Source: Sulfurimonadaceae bacterium
GTDB lineage: Bacteria; Campylobacterota; Campylobacteria; Campylobacterales; Sulfurimonadaceae
Direction of reading: 5' to 3'
Assembly (NCBI GenBank): GCA_041562555.1
Contig: JBFEXS010000002.1
Span: 1 to 64,000, forward strand
Length of the DNA: 64,000 bases
The notes beneath the pieces are model-generated. The model had not been told where the DNA came from. It worked only from the letters and a program-made list of their open reading frames with translations, and did not search any database. Both the position numbers and the translations under genes were made by a program. Positions 50,467 to 61,621 of this stretch are shown piece after piece; the stretch's first letter is position 1; the number at the start of each line of letters is the position of its first letter.

Positions 50467-50997
50467 TTATTTTGCCTTTGGGCGAAACGGCTTGATCACT
50501 TCCTCATTACACTCTAGATAAGGACCTTCGATAAGATCAATACAGTAAGGTACCGCCGGGAATACAGCATCCAGACACTCACGGATAGACTTTGGTTTAC
50601 CCGGAAGGTTGATGATAAGCGACTGCCCTCGTATACCGGCTGTTTGACGTGAAAGAATAGCAGTCGGCACAAATTTTAGAGACTCTTGACGCATTAATTC
50701 TCCAAAACCAGGCATCATCTTCTCACATACATTTTCAGTAGCTTCAGGGGTAACATCACGCAATGCCGGCCCCGTTCCACCGGTTGTAACAACTAAACAA
50801 CATTTCTCGGTATCACACAACTCGACCATTGTCTTTTCGATCTCTTCTTGTACATCAGGAATACAACGATAAACAATCTCAAACTCACTTGTCAAATATT
50901 CTTTCATCGTATCCTGGATCGCGACACCTGAAATATCCTCATAAATTCCTGCACTTGCTCTATCTGAAGCAGTGATCACTCCGATCTTAATCTCCAT
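50467..50997 (-). CDS. mog: Molybdopterin adenylyltransferase
   Basis: TASDRASAGIYEDISG, TTGGTGPALRDVTPEAT, LSRQ and NLPGKPKSI. ATG at 50997 follows AAGGAG. Confidence 0.95.
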   Translation of the reverse strand: MEIKIGVITASDRASAGIYEDISGVAIQDTMKEYLTSEFEIVYRCIPDVQEEIEKTMVELCDTEKCCLVVTTGGTGPALRDVTPEATENVCEKMMPGFGELMRQESLKFVPTAILSRQTAGIRGQSLIINLPGKPKSIRECLDAVFPAVPYCIDLIEGPYLECNEEVIKPFRPKAK

Positions 50998-51007
50998 TTT
51001 ATCTCCT

Positions 51008-51535
51008 TTATTCATTAGTGTCCTGTATCTGTAAAGTATGTCCGGCATGATTGATCATATAGGTCGTCGCATAAGGAAGAAAAAATATTTTTGCCTTATA
51101 TGCATCAATTATTTTGTCTTCACTACCTAGATATACTTCGATCTTGACGCCTCTATCATTTAGCTCTTTTAGCTCATCCACCTTCCAGACAAAAGAGAGC
51201 AGCTCATCAAGCTCTTCTGCCTTCCCGGCTTCCAATCGGACACGCTCGTCTTTATCAACAGGATCAAAACAGGAAGCTATGAAGTTCTGCAGATAAGCAT
51301 CTCTGTCTTTGGAAAAATACATGTTTTGCATACGCTTGAACTTGTCGTTTTTATCCTGAAAAAATGCAGGTGAAAAGAGTTGAAGGGTATCTACCCTGCT
51401 CCTACTCTCCTGTACCGCTTTAAAAGCTTTAATGGCACCATAGGAAAAACCGGCTACCGTGTAAGCAGAGTCTTTGAGATAGTCTGTAAAAAGTACCTGG
51501 TCGTTTGACAGAGAAAACCCGCTATAAAACTTCAT
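51008..51535 (-). CDS. bioV: Pimeloyl-ACP methyl ester esterase, BioV-like alpha/beta hydrolase
   Basis: MKFYSGFSL start, nucleophile elbow GFSYGA, DKIID and C-terminal GH; sits between ftsH2 and mog as in Campylobacterota. Confidence 0.8.
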   Translation of the reverse strand: MKFYSGFSLSNDQVLFTDYLKDSAYTVAGFSYGAIKAFKAVQESRSRVDTLQLFSPAFFQDKNDKFKRMQNMYFSKDRDAYLQNFIASCFDPVDKDERVRLEAGKAEELDELLSFVWKVDELKELNDRGVKIEVYLGSEDKIIDAYKAKIFFLPYATTYMINHAGHTLQIQDTNE

Positions 51536-53165
51536 CCATCACTTTCTTGATCTGTTCTTTGTTGATCTGTTCTTTACTTATCAGTTCATTTTGCAGAGCT
51601 TGTATCTGTGCCTGCATTCCTGTTAAGAACTCTTTGGTTTCAGTATACAAGCGGTTGATAAGATGTATATCGTCTTTGGAACTAGGAATGATCTGATCAC
51701 CCATTCCATAGTTCTCTAAAATCAACGTCACGATCTTTTTGACCTCATTAAGGTCCTGTTCCACATTGGTCGAATGTTCACCATAATGGATCTCGCAGAT
51801 CGCCATACCCGAAAGCATCACCTTCACATAAGAAAGAAGCTTGTGTTTCGTGACCAACTCCACATCATAAGGTCTCAGGCCGTCATTAATCATGGTGAAC
51901 TTCTCAAAGGGCACCTCAAACCAGTACGCACTTAAGGCCTTGGCCGCTTGATATAAGGCTTGGAGCTCTTTTTCTTCACGTGTATACGACTTGAGCTTAC
52001 GCTTCCCGAAAACCACCTTGTCCTTGACCGCCAAGACTTCTTCCATAGAGATATTATGACGGTTACGACGAAGTGCTTCCAGGGCCGCCTCATTGACCAG
52101 AGTCGCCAAAGAAGCTCCGTTGAATCCAATCGTCATCTTTGCGATCTCTTTTGTGTCAACTTCATGGATCATCTTCTCAAAATGCTTATCCAGGATTAAA
52201 CGGCGTTCATCAATATTTGGAAGATCTACGAAGACACGTCTATCAAAACGTCCTGAACGCAGCAATGCTGAGTCCAGTACCTCTATTTTATTCGTTGCAG
52301 CGATCACGACAACACCCGATGAATCTTCAAAACCATCCATCTCGGTCAGAAGCTGGTTAAGTGTCGCTTCGCGTTCATCATTACGTGTCCCGCCGCGGGA
52401 ACGCCCGACAGCATCGATTTCATCAATAAAGATAATACTCGGTGCATTACGTTTGGCCTGAATAAAAAGTTCACGTACGCGTTTTGCACCCATTCCGACA
52501 TAGATCTGTACAAATGAGGCACCCGATTGATAATAGAAAGGCACATTCGCTTCTCCGGCCACCGCCTTGGCGATCATCGTCTTACCAACGCCCGGAGGAC
52601 CTACTAACAATACTCCTTTTGGCATCTTTGCACCAAAGTTTCTGTATTTTTTAGGGCTTTTCAAAAAGTCAATAATCTCTTCAAGTTCTTCTTTGACATC
52701 CTTGATCCCGCCAACATCCTTGAAGGTGATATCAGAATGGGAAGGCACAATAGGCTCACTCAGTCCAGAACCATTTACACCTGTACTGTTTTTTTGACTT
52801 TTATGCTTCTCTTCATTCTCTTTCAGACTAAAACGATATGTCACACCGCCGACGATCATGATGATGGTCAAAAGCATCAGGATCTGGACAGCATAATTCC
52901 CGGACCCCGTCTCTACGGGAACATGAGAAAACATCTCCTTATCGACCAAGACTGTGGGAATACGGTACTTCTCATCAGCGGTAATAATATAGACTTTCTC
53001 ATCCGCCAGGACTGCACGTTTAATCAATCCTTTCTCCAAAAGTTCCGTCGTCTTGTCCAGGGTAATAGGTACCGAACTATCCCGTAAGAGTGCAAATAGA
53101 AAAAGTCCAAGTAAGACACCCGCAGAAACGTATAAGACCCAGCGATTTGTCTTAGAGTCTAGCAT
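51522..53165 (-). CDS. FtsH paralog (membrane AAA+ ATPase, protease motif degenerate)
   Basis: Two transmembrane helices, [23 protein letters not shown] and [14 protein letters not shown] stands where YHEAGH is expected. Confidence 0.9.
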   Translation of the reverse strand: MLDSKTNRWVLYVSAGVLLGLFLFALLRDSSVPITLDKTTELLEKGLIKRAVLADEKVYIITADEKYRIPTVLVDKEMFSHVPVETGSGNYAVQILMLLTIIMIVGGVTYRFSLKENEEKHKSQKNSTGVNGSGLSEPIVPSHSDITFKDVGGIKDVKEELEEIIDFLKSPKKYRNFGAKMPKGVLLVGPPGVGKTMIAKAVAGEANVPFYYQSGASFVQIYVGMGAKRVRELFIQAKRNAPSIIFIDEIDAVGRSRGGTRNDEREATLNQLLTEMDGFEDSSGVVVIAATNKIEVLDSALLRSGRFDRRVFVDLPNIDERRLILDKHFEKMIHEVDTKEIAKMTIGFNGASLATLVNEAALEALRRNRHNISMEEVLAVKDKVVFGKRKLKSYTREEKELQALYQAAKALSAYWFEVPFEKFTMINDGLRPYDVELVTKHKLLSYVKVMLSGMAICEIHYGEHSTNVEQDLNEVKKIVTLILENYGMGDQIIPSSKDDIHLINRLYTETKEFLTGMQAQIQALQNELISKEQINKEQIKKVMDEVL

Positions 53166-54402
53166 AGTTCAACTCCTCTTTGATCTCATAATCCTCAATC
53201 GTGATCCAGTTCCCGCTGAGATCATGTTCACACTCTATCTCAATCTTATTGAAAAATTGGTCGAGACCCGTGTATATTCCTTCTTTTTCACTTTCAACCA
53301 AGACCTCCAAGGGTACCTTGTGGGATTTTCTAAATGCCAGATTGTTCGCATGTATGAGCTCAGTGAGTTCTGTCATCCTTGCTTTGGAGACAAGCCCGTT
53401 CACCTCCCCCTTCATGCTGGCAGAAGGCGTGCCGTCACGTTTAGAATACGTAAAGGCGTGGACATGGGTCAACGGCATCTGCTTCAGATTACGCATCGCT
53501 TCAGTCCATAGCGCATCCGTCTCGCCAGGATGTCCAACGATAAAATCCGTCCCCAGAGCATATCCCTTTTGTGCAAGTTCATTGAGCAGTTTAATATCCG
53601 TATCAACACGATTACGGCGGTTCATGATGCGCAACATCTCCTGGCTTGAGTGTTGGATCGCAATATGTAGATGTCTTTCCAACCACGGCTCGTCTAGCAG
53701 CTCTTTGAACTCAGGCGTGATCTGTATCGGCTCCATACTACCTAGACGGATACGGCGTACACCTTTGATCATAGACATGCGTTTAAGCAAACCTGCCATG
53801 GAGCGCTTTTCACCCTGTCCGTAGGAGCCGACATTCGTTCCTGTCAGGATAAACTCACCAAACCCGTTGGCCGCCAAACGTCTGACCTGTTCCAAGATCT
53901 TCTCTTCATCATGGCTTCGGGCATCACCCCGTACAAAAGGTATGATACAGTATGAACAGCGAAAATTACACCCTTCTTGCACCTTGATAAAGGCGCGGGA
54001 TTTTCCGACAAACTCTTCTACCACCGTATCGTCAATAAAGTCTAAATCGCCAATCTCGTAGAACTTCGTCTCTTTCTTGAGCATCTCATTGATCTTTGCC
54101 TTCTCCGACTGGCCAAAGACACCAAAGACCTTATCTGCTTCAAATAATGACTCGCCTTTCGTATGGGCCCCGCATCCAGTCAGATAGACCTTGGCTCCTT
54201 TTTTATTCGCCGCATTGACATAACCCCGCACACCGGAGTCAGCGCCATTGGTCACAGTACATGAATTAACGATGATGATATCTGCTGCATCCTCATCCTG
54301 AGTGATCTCGAAATCTTTAAGGTGTGAAAGCATGACCTGCGAATCAAAGAGGTTTGTTCGACAACCGAAGGTCTTGATATATACTTTAGGGCTGTTGGCC
54401 AT
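53152..54402 (-). CDS. mtaB: tRNA t6A37 methylthiotransferase
   Basis: TFGCRTN, NSCTVT, VTGC-like LTGC, radical-SAM motif CNFRCSYC, IIPFVRG, and YSKRDGT. Confidence 0.93.
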   Translation of the reverse strand: MANSPKVYIKTFGCRTNLFDSQVMLSHLKDFEITQDEDAADIIIVNSCTVTNGADSGVRGYVNAANKKGAKVYLTGCGAHTKGESLFEADKVFGVFGQSEKAKINEMLKKETKFYEIGDLDFIDDTVVEEFVGKSRAFIKVQEGCNFRCSYCIIPFVRGDARSHDEEKILEQVRRLAANGFGEFILTGTNVGSYGQGEKRSMAGLLKRMSMIKGVRRIRLGSMEPIQITPEFKELLDEPWLERHLHIAIQHSSQEMLRIMNRRNRVDTDIKLLNELAQKGYALGTDFIVGHPGETDALWTEAMRNLKQMPLTHVHAFTYSKRDGTPSASMKGEVNGLVSKARMTELTELIHANNLAFRKSHKVPLEVLVESEKEGIYTGLDQFFNKIEIECEHDLSGNWITIEDYEIKEELNYARL

Positions 54403-56033
54403 TACCACTGTGCTCCTAAATCTTTTGACTCATCCAATGGAGGAAGTTCATTCGGCCGTTTTTCTACGGGATTGAGATGAAGCATCTGTGTAGGGTAAGC
54501 GATTTGAATATCTTCTGCCTGATTATAGGCCTCAATGATCTCAACTGAGATAGTCGATCTCAAGGTCAAGGTCGCATAGGCATTGGTCAGGTACCAGGTA
54601 CTGATACGCACCCCGTTCTCTTCAGCAAACGAGAAGATGCGCGGCTCAACATTGGTGTTCTTGAGACTATAACGGTTACGCAGTTTATTCAACTGTGTCC
54701 GGGTAATATCCGTATACCCTTTAGAGTACTTTCGGGCGATCTCTTTAGCGATATGGCTCGCTTTGCGATGGTTGGAATCAAAGGTGATCGTTATATCAAT
54801 ACCATCCCATACGGTTTTCAAAGTCGCGTGAGAATAGTTCGCCAGAAGCGTCGTAAAGACATAGTTATTAGGGATAAAGATGATACGCCCGGCGCGACGG
54901 TTACTCATGTAGGTCGTAAGGGTGATATCTTCAAAGATAGTGATACGCAGCAAGGAAATATCCAGTACATCACCGACATATTCCACCCCCTCTTTGATAA
55001 CACGGATCCTGTCACCGACACTGATGGAACCACTCACCAGAAGTACAAACCAGCCTAACATCGACATGAACCAGTCTTTCATCGCAATGGCGATACCTGC
55101 AGAAGCGAAACCCAGTACGGTGATGATATAACTTACGTTGTCGATATATGAGAATGCGACAATGATGACGATGAGCGAGATGTTAACGAAGGTAAGCATC
55201 TTATGCGCCATATAGATACGTTCATTATCGGTGATATATTTCTTGATGACCAGTTTGGCTAAAACGAACAGGATAAAGAGGACGATAATGATGATCCCAA
55301 GGTTCAACAGTTTCCATATCTGCGCCTTGATCTCCTTTTGAAGTTGTGTCTCGACTCCGTCAATACGCTGTGCATATAGGACAGAAGCCTTATTAACCGT
55401 TTCCAGAGCACCCTCGAAAATCGTCAGTTTATGTAGGTCATCTTTGGCGATCACTCCATCTTCTTCTGATTTTGTCAATGCTGCCAGTTCACTGCTGATG
55501 CGTGTCTTTTTACGCAAGAGGACAATATAATCACCCAAAGTACTCTCTTCTTGAAGGTATTCTTTGAGTTTTCCTTCAATAAGCTTGATATACGAAAGCG
55601 CGGTAAAAATCGAAAAAGGATTACTTACTTCAGGTACTTCAGGCAGTTCATCAGGGATAAGCAGTTCGGTAAAGGGTGCATTCTCCTTGCCCTGAAGCAG
55701 ATCGATTTGATTTGCAAGGATATGCTCGCGGGTCTCCAAAGCATTAAGTTCGTCCCGCTCTTCAAAATTATTACCCTTTTTGGCAAGTTTCTTGATCTGC
55801 TTTCGAACCTCTTTAAGCTCTTTGGATACATTCAGCGAAGTAGTGTAGGAGTCGTATGACTTCTGCCATAGGATGCCCTCTTTTCCAAGCTCTTTGATCG
55901 TCTTGTCATGCGCTTCTCGTAATTGATTGATATGCGCCTGTCGCTGTAGCTGTTCCGTTCTATTAAGATCTGCTGTCTCTTCAGCAAAACAGAGTGTCGC
56001 GACACTCAACAATACCAATAGAAGTCTAGTCAC
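54402..56033 (-). CDS. MscS-family mechanosensitive channel with a long periplasmic helical N-terminus
   Basis: Signal peptide, coiled coils, then three transmembrane helices with LGFASAGIAIAMKD, ISVGDRI and IFIPN. Confidence 0.88.
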   Translation of the reverse strand: MTRLLLVLLSVATLCFAEETADLNRTEQLQRQAHINQLREAHDKTIKELGKEGILWQKSYDSYTTSLNVSKELKEVRKQIKKLAKKGNNFEERDELNALETREHILANQIDLLQGKENAPFTELLIPDELPEVPEVSNPFSIFTALSYIKLIEGKLKEYLQEESTLGDYIVLLRKKTRISSELAALTKSEEDGVIAKDDLHKLTIFEGALETVNKASVLYAQRIDGVETQLQKEIKAQIWKLLNLGIIIIVLFILFVLAKLVIKKYITDNERIYMAHKMLTFVNISLIVIIVAFSYIDNVSYIITVLGFASAGIAIAMKDWFMSMLGWFVLLVSGSISVGDRIRVIKEGVEYVGDVLDISLLRITIFEDITLTTYMSNRRAGRIIFIPNNYVFTTLLANYSHATLKTVWDGIDITITFDSNHRKASHIAKEIARKYSKGYTDITRTQLNKLRNRYSLKNTNVEPRIFSFAEENGVRISTWYLTNAYATLTLRSTISVEIIEAYNQAEDIQIAYPTQMLHLNPVEKRPNELPPLDESKDLGAQW

Positions 56034-57084
56034 CTTTATGTCCTGCGTAAGTTTTAAGGATGTCCATCACGATATCTTTATCAATGTCATCTCGAAGCTG
56101 CACTCCGCCGATATGTTCGGGCACAATAAAGGTGATTGCAGCGTCTGAACTTTTCTTATCCAAGAAGAACGCTTCATAAAATGCCTCGACATCACTGATT
56201 TCATAGGCTACAGGAAGTTCATACTTTTGAAGCAACTGCTTGATACGCATCTCCTCATCACTTTTCATCATCCCAAGACGTGTTGCCAGTTCATTGGCCA
56301 TCATCATACCGATCGCTACGGTTTCACCATGAAGATAGCGTGTATAGTTCGTCTCATTCTCAATCACATGACCGAAGGTATGTCCATAGTTCAACGCGGC
56401 ACGCAGACCTTTTTCTTTCTCATCTTGAGAAACAACATAAGCTTTAGTCTCCACAGATTTAGCGATAGCCGTTTTGATCTGTTCAGGATCAAGTAGGTCA
56501 GCCTGTTCCAGCCATTCAAAAAACTCCTGGTTAAAGCAGACAGCCATCTTAACCACTTCGGCGATTCCCGCCGCATATTCACGTCTAGGTAGTGTAGACA
56601 AGAAGTGCGGATCGATATAAACAGCTCGGGGCTGATGAAATGCACCGATAAGATTTTTTCCGTAGGCATTGTTAATACCTGTTTTACCGCCTACACTTGC
56701 ATCTACCTGTGACAGCAGTGTTGTAGGGACTTGAATAAAGTCAATCCCACGCTGATAAATACTTGCTGCAAATCCTGTCATATCACCGATAACACCACCG
56801 CCCAAGGCGATCAAGACCGAAGAACGGTTGAACTTGTGCTCGAATAGATTATTGACGATCTTTTCTATTGTCGAAAGTGTCTTGTAGTTCTCACCGTCTT
56901 CAACGGTGATTATATAGACCTCTTTTGCACTTAATCGTGAAAGAAGATAATGCAGATGCAAACCACCGACTTTTGGGTTAGTCACAATGGCGACTTTTGC
57001 ATCTACCGTGATCTCTTCGAGGGTACCGATATGTACCGGGTAAGAGTTGTCGATCTCTTTTTTTAGCTCAATATCTATCTTCAT
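56026..57084 (-). CDS. aroB: 3-dehydroquinate synthase
   Basis: LGGGVIGDMTGF, PTTLLSQVDASVGGKTG, KNLIGAF and LNYGHTFGH. Confidence 0.97.
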   Translation of the reverse strand: MKIDIELKKEIDNSYPVHIGTLEEITVDAKVAIVTNPKVGGLHLHYLLSRLSAKEVYIITVEDGENYKTLSTIEKIVNNLFEHKFNRSSVLIALGGGVIGDMTGFAASIYQRGIDFIQVPTTLLSQVDASVGGKTGINNAYGKNLIGAFHQPRAVYIDPHFLSTLPRREYAAGIAEVVKMAVCFNQEFFEWLEQADLLDPEQIKTAIAKSVETKAYVVSQDEKEKGLRAALNYGHTFGHVIENETNYTRYLHGETVAIGMMMANELATRLGMMKSDEEMRIKQLLQKYELPVAYEISDVEAFYEAFFLDKKSSDAAITFIVPEHIGGVQLRDDIDKDIVMDILKTYAGHKGD

Positions 57085-57155
57085 TATCTATCCAAAATGT
57101 TTTAATGGGATAGATAATACTAAAGCAAGGCTTTAAAGGGGATAAACCGGGCTGT

Positions 57156-58562
57156 TTATAATTGGGTAGGAATGAAAAGTTGGTGATATTCACCAAGTCG
57201 GTGATACAATTTTTCACTATCTGTTGAGAAAAGTGAGTACAAAGGCAGATCCAAGATCTTTTCCGTGAATGGAAGACAGTATAAAAAGTTCTCTTTTTCA
57301 CGTAAAAAACGAATAGGATTCTTCTCTTGTGAATTGATTTTGATCGATTTGGAAAAGATGATCGACAGGTTTTCATAATGCTCGATGATACGCTCTTTTT
57401 CATCGGTCTTTTCCTGGGTAAATTCAAAAAGCTCAAGATTAAAAGAGAGTTGTGCGGAGATGTCAAAAACCGTCGTGGAAATCTTTTCCAGATCTCTGTT
57501 TTCCGTCAGGACGACTACAGACTCCTTGAGTTTGGAGAAAGGCTTATTAGACAGCTTCAATACCGGCACCCTGCTTTCATGCAGGGTCTCTCGCATCTGT
57601 GTAATACCAAACAGTGTTGATGAGAGCATGACAAGGCCGATATCCATCTTTTTAATATCATTTAATATAATATCCTTATAGCCCCGAGTAGTGTAATCAA
57701 CGTCAATAATAATATCATCACTTCGATGAGACTTTATCTTTGTCAGGGTCTCAATATCACTGGCATTGACAACACGGATATAGAGTTTATCACCGATATT
57801 TCTATGAATATATTTTGAACGTTTGATCAATTTTGGCAGCGTCTTGACATTCTCTTTGGCCATATCGATATACAGGTACAAGTTACTTCCATACGGAGCA
57901 GGAAACTGACCCAACTCACGCTTGATCGCCCGATATACGGTCTTCAGTACGGAAGGTTCTCCGACCAGGACAAGCAGGTCATTGGGCTGGATCATCCGCT
58001 TGGCGGTAGGAAGAATAAGACGCTGATTTCGGTAGATGGCCACGATCTTCCAGTTCTTCTGTTCAAGGGCACCGATATGTCTATATACGAAGGAGCTTCC
58101 AAAGGGAACAGAGACCTCCATGATCTCACCCTCTCCCATTCCGACGTTTTGTGCGATCACCGGTACATTCGGTAGATAATCAATCAAACGGGATGAGAGT
58201 AACTCATTGGTATTGACGACAACAATATTCTGATCATCAAATTTAAGACCCCACCGATCAAGGGTGACAATACGCAGCTGGCTTTTCACCGCACGAATGT
58301 TTTTAATACTAAGTTCAACATCCGTAGCATGCTTCATAACGATTAGCACTTGGATGAATTCCATCTTCAACAGATTAGAGAGTTTATGAAAGGAAGTCGG
58401 ATCAAATTGGTAGAACTTAAACTGGGCCTGTTTGGCATTTTCTATCTCAAGCTTGTCCATGGATACGACATAATAGATATTTTCACTGGTATAGGTATCA
58501 GCCACACGCTCAACAAAGTGTCTGCCGACATTTCCATCCGTTAAGATCAATATCTTTTTCAT
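57156..58562 (-). CDS. TrkA-N/TrkA-C (RCK) domain protein, COG3400-like
   Basis: Rossmann-like start (KILILTDGNVG) and RCK-C pattern IVAIYRNQRLILP...IQPNDLLVLVG; lies between tgt and aroB. Confidence 0.8.
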   Translation of the reverse strand: MKKILILTDGNVGRHFVERVADTYTSENIYYVVSMDKLEIENAKQAQFKFYQFDPTSFHKLSNLLKMEFIQVLIVMKHATDVELSIKNIRAVKSQLRIVTLDRWGLKFDDQNIVVVNTNELLSSRLIDYLPNVPVIAQNVGMGEGEIMEVSVPFGSSFVYRHIGALEQKNWKIVAIYRNQRLILPTAKRMIQPNDLLVLVGEPSVLKTVYRAIKRELGQFPAPYGSNLYLYIDMAKENVKTLPKLIKRSKYIHRNIGDKLYIRVVNASDIETLTKIKSHRSDDIIIDVDYTTRGYKDIILNDIKKMDIGLVMLSSTLFGITQMRETLHESRVPVLKLSNKPFSKLKESVVVLTENRDLEKISTTVFDISAQLSFNLELFEFTQEKTDEKERIIEHYENLSIIFSKSIKINSQEKNPIRFLREKENFLYCLPFTEKILDLPLYSLFSTDSEKLYHRLGEYHQLFIPTQL

Positions 58563-58595
58563 CTCTATCCTGTTTTATTAGTTAAGTGATTGTAG

Positions 58596-59771
<1,176 letters not shown>

Positions 59772-59789
59772 TCAATTAAAGGAGAGATC

Positions 59790-60590
59790 ATGATCACCAA
59801 CGAAAAAAAGATACACCTGGGTGTCAATATCGACCATATTGCTGTCTTAAGAGAGGCTCGCCGCATCAATGATCCTGATCCTGTCGATGCGCTGGGAATC
59901 TGTAAACGTGCCGGGGCAGACCAGATCACCATTCATCTGCGCGAAGACCGCCGCCATATCAATGACCTGGATGCACAGAAGATCATGTTTAATTCTGCAC
60001 TACCTGTCAACCTGGAATGTTCCATAGACCCGGACATTATCGATATCGTCTGCCAACTTAAACCCCACCGCGCGACCCTTGTCCCGGAAAAACGCGAAGA
60101 AGTCACAACTGAAGGCGGTCTGGACATACTGGGGCAACGCAAACAGATTCAAAAAGCCATTGAGCAACTTAAGGCCCATGAAATAGATGTTTCCCTCTTC
60201 ATCGATCCAAATGAAGAAGTGATCGAGTTCTCTTCCCAGCTTGACATTGATATGGTCGAACTTCATACCGGCAGCTATGCCAACATCTATGCCATGCTTA
60301 ATACACCCCTTGCAACGACACACCATAGTATCAAAGAGCTTGAACGTCCCCGTTCCGAACTCAAGAAGATGCTCCATGATGCTATCGAACAGATCAAAGA
60401 TGCGGCTTATCTTGCGCACCAGAAAGGTCTGATGGTAGCAGCAGGACATGGTCTGAACTATCAAAACGTACAGGCCATGTGTGATATCGGAGTTATTCAA
60501 GAGCTCAATATCGGTCAAAGTATCATAGCCCGTTCCGTCTTTACCGGGCTGGAGCAAGCTATTATCGATATGAAAGAGCTGATCCAATGA
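59790..60590 (+). CDS. pdxJ: Pyridoxine 5'-phosphate synthase
   Basis: LGVNIDH, IHLREDRRHI, LVPEKREEVTTEGGLD, ELHTG and AGHGL. Confidence 0.97.
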   Translation: MITNEKKIHLGVNIDHIAVLREARRINDPDPVDALGICKRAGADQITIHLREDRRHINDLDAQKIMFNSALPVNLECSIDPDIIDIVCQLKPHRATLVPEKREEVTTEGGLDILGQRKQIQKAIEQLKAHEIDVSLFIDPNEEVIEFSSQLDIDMVELHTGSYANIYAMLNTPLATTHHSIKELERPRSELKKMLHDAIEQIKDAAYLAHQKGLMVAAGHGLNYQNVQAMCDIGVIQELNIGQSIIARSVFTGLEQAIIDMKELIQ

Positions 60591-61516
60591 GCAGACCCGT
60601 CATTGCAGTAAGTGTCGGTGACCTAAATGGTATTGGCATTGAGATTCTACTCAGAGCTCACGAAGAGATCAACAAGATTGCCCGTCCAGTCTACTGTATC
60701 TCCGAGTCAATGCTCTCTCAGGCAGCACAAAAGCTTAAGCTTTCTGTTCCCAAAGAGATAGAACTCTTTCCGGTACGGGGAGATTTTGATATACATCCTG
60801 CAAAGATCAGCAGCAAAAGCGGTCTATATAGTTACAACTCATTCAAAAAGGCTATCAAACTGTGTGAAAAAGGGATCGCGGATGCCTTGGTGACCCTTCC
60901 AATACATAAAGAAGCTTGGTTTAAAGCAGGTGTTGACTACAAGGGCCATACCGACATGCTTAGAGACTATTTTGACAAAGATGCTATTATGATGCTTGGC
61001 TGCGAAGAACTTTACGTCGCCTTATACACAGAGCATACCCCGTTAAAGTCTGTTGCGAAACAGATCAAAACAAAAAAGATCCTCCGCTTCCTTCTGGATC
61101 TCTCTAAAGACATCAAAGCTGAAAAGATTGCTGTTTTGGGGCTTAATCCCCACGCCGGTGATGGAGGCGTATTGGGTAATGAAGAGACAGAAATAAGCCA
61201 TGCTGTCCAAAAAGCCAATCAGCAACTCGACAAAGAGCTTTTTATTGGACCAATGGTTCCCGACACCGCCTTCACCGCACGGATGCGCAAAGAATTCAAA
61301 CATTATGTTGCCATGTACCATGACCAGGGGCTTATTCCCCTAAAAGCCCTCTATTTTGAAGAGAGTATCAACATCTCCCTCAATCTTCCGATCATACGTA
61401 CATCTGTCGATCATGGTACCGCTTTTGATATTGCCTATAATGATAAGAATCCTTCAACTATTTCTTATCTCAATGCCGTCAAGGCTGCTATAACACAATC
61501 CAATCAGCGCCCATAA
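60587..61516 (+). CDS. pdxA: 4-hydroxythreonine-4-phosphate dehydrogenase
   Basis: GDLNGIGIE, GHT, LNPHAG, MYHDQGL and RTSVDHGTAFDIA. Confidence 0.96.
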   Translation: MSRPVIAVSVGDLNGIGIEILLRAHEEINKIARPVYCISESMLSQAAQKLKLSVPKEIELFPVRGDFDIHPAKISSKSGLYSYNSFKKAIKLCEKGIADALVTLPIHKEAWFKAGVDYKGHTDMLRDYFDKDAIMMLGCEELYVALYTEHTPLKSVAKQIKTKKILRFLLDLSKDIKAEKIAVLGLNPHAGDGGVLGNEETEISHAVQKANQQLDKELFIGPMVPDTAFTARMRKEFKHYVAMYHDQGLIPLKALYFEESINISLNLPIIRTSVDHGTAFDIAYNDKNPSTISYLNAVKAAITQSNQRP

Positions 61517-61621
61517 TAGTCCTCTTAAACTAAAAAGTCAAAAATTTATTTTACTTATATTATATTTTTGGGTATTATTATTATGTAAACATAATATTCA
61601 AAGTGTGACAGGACTGTGCGG

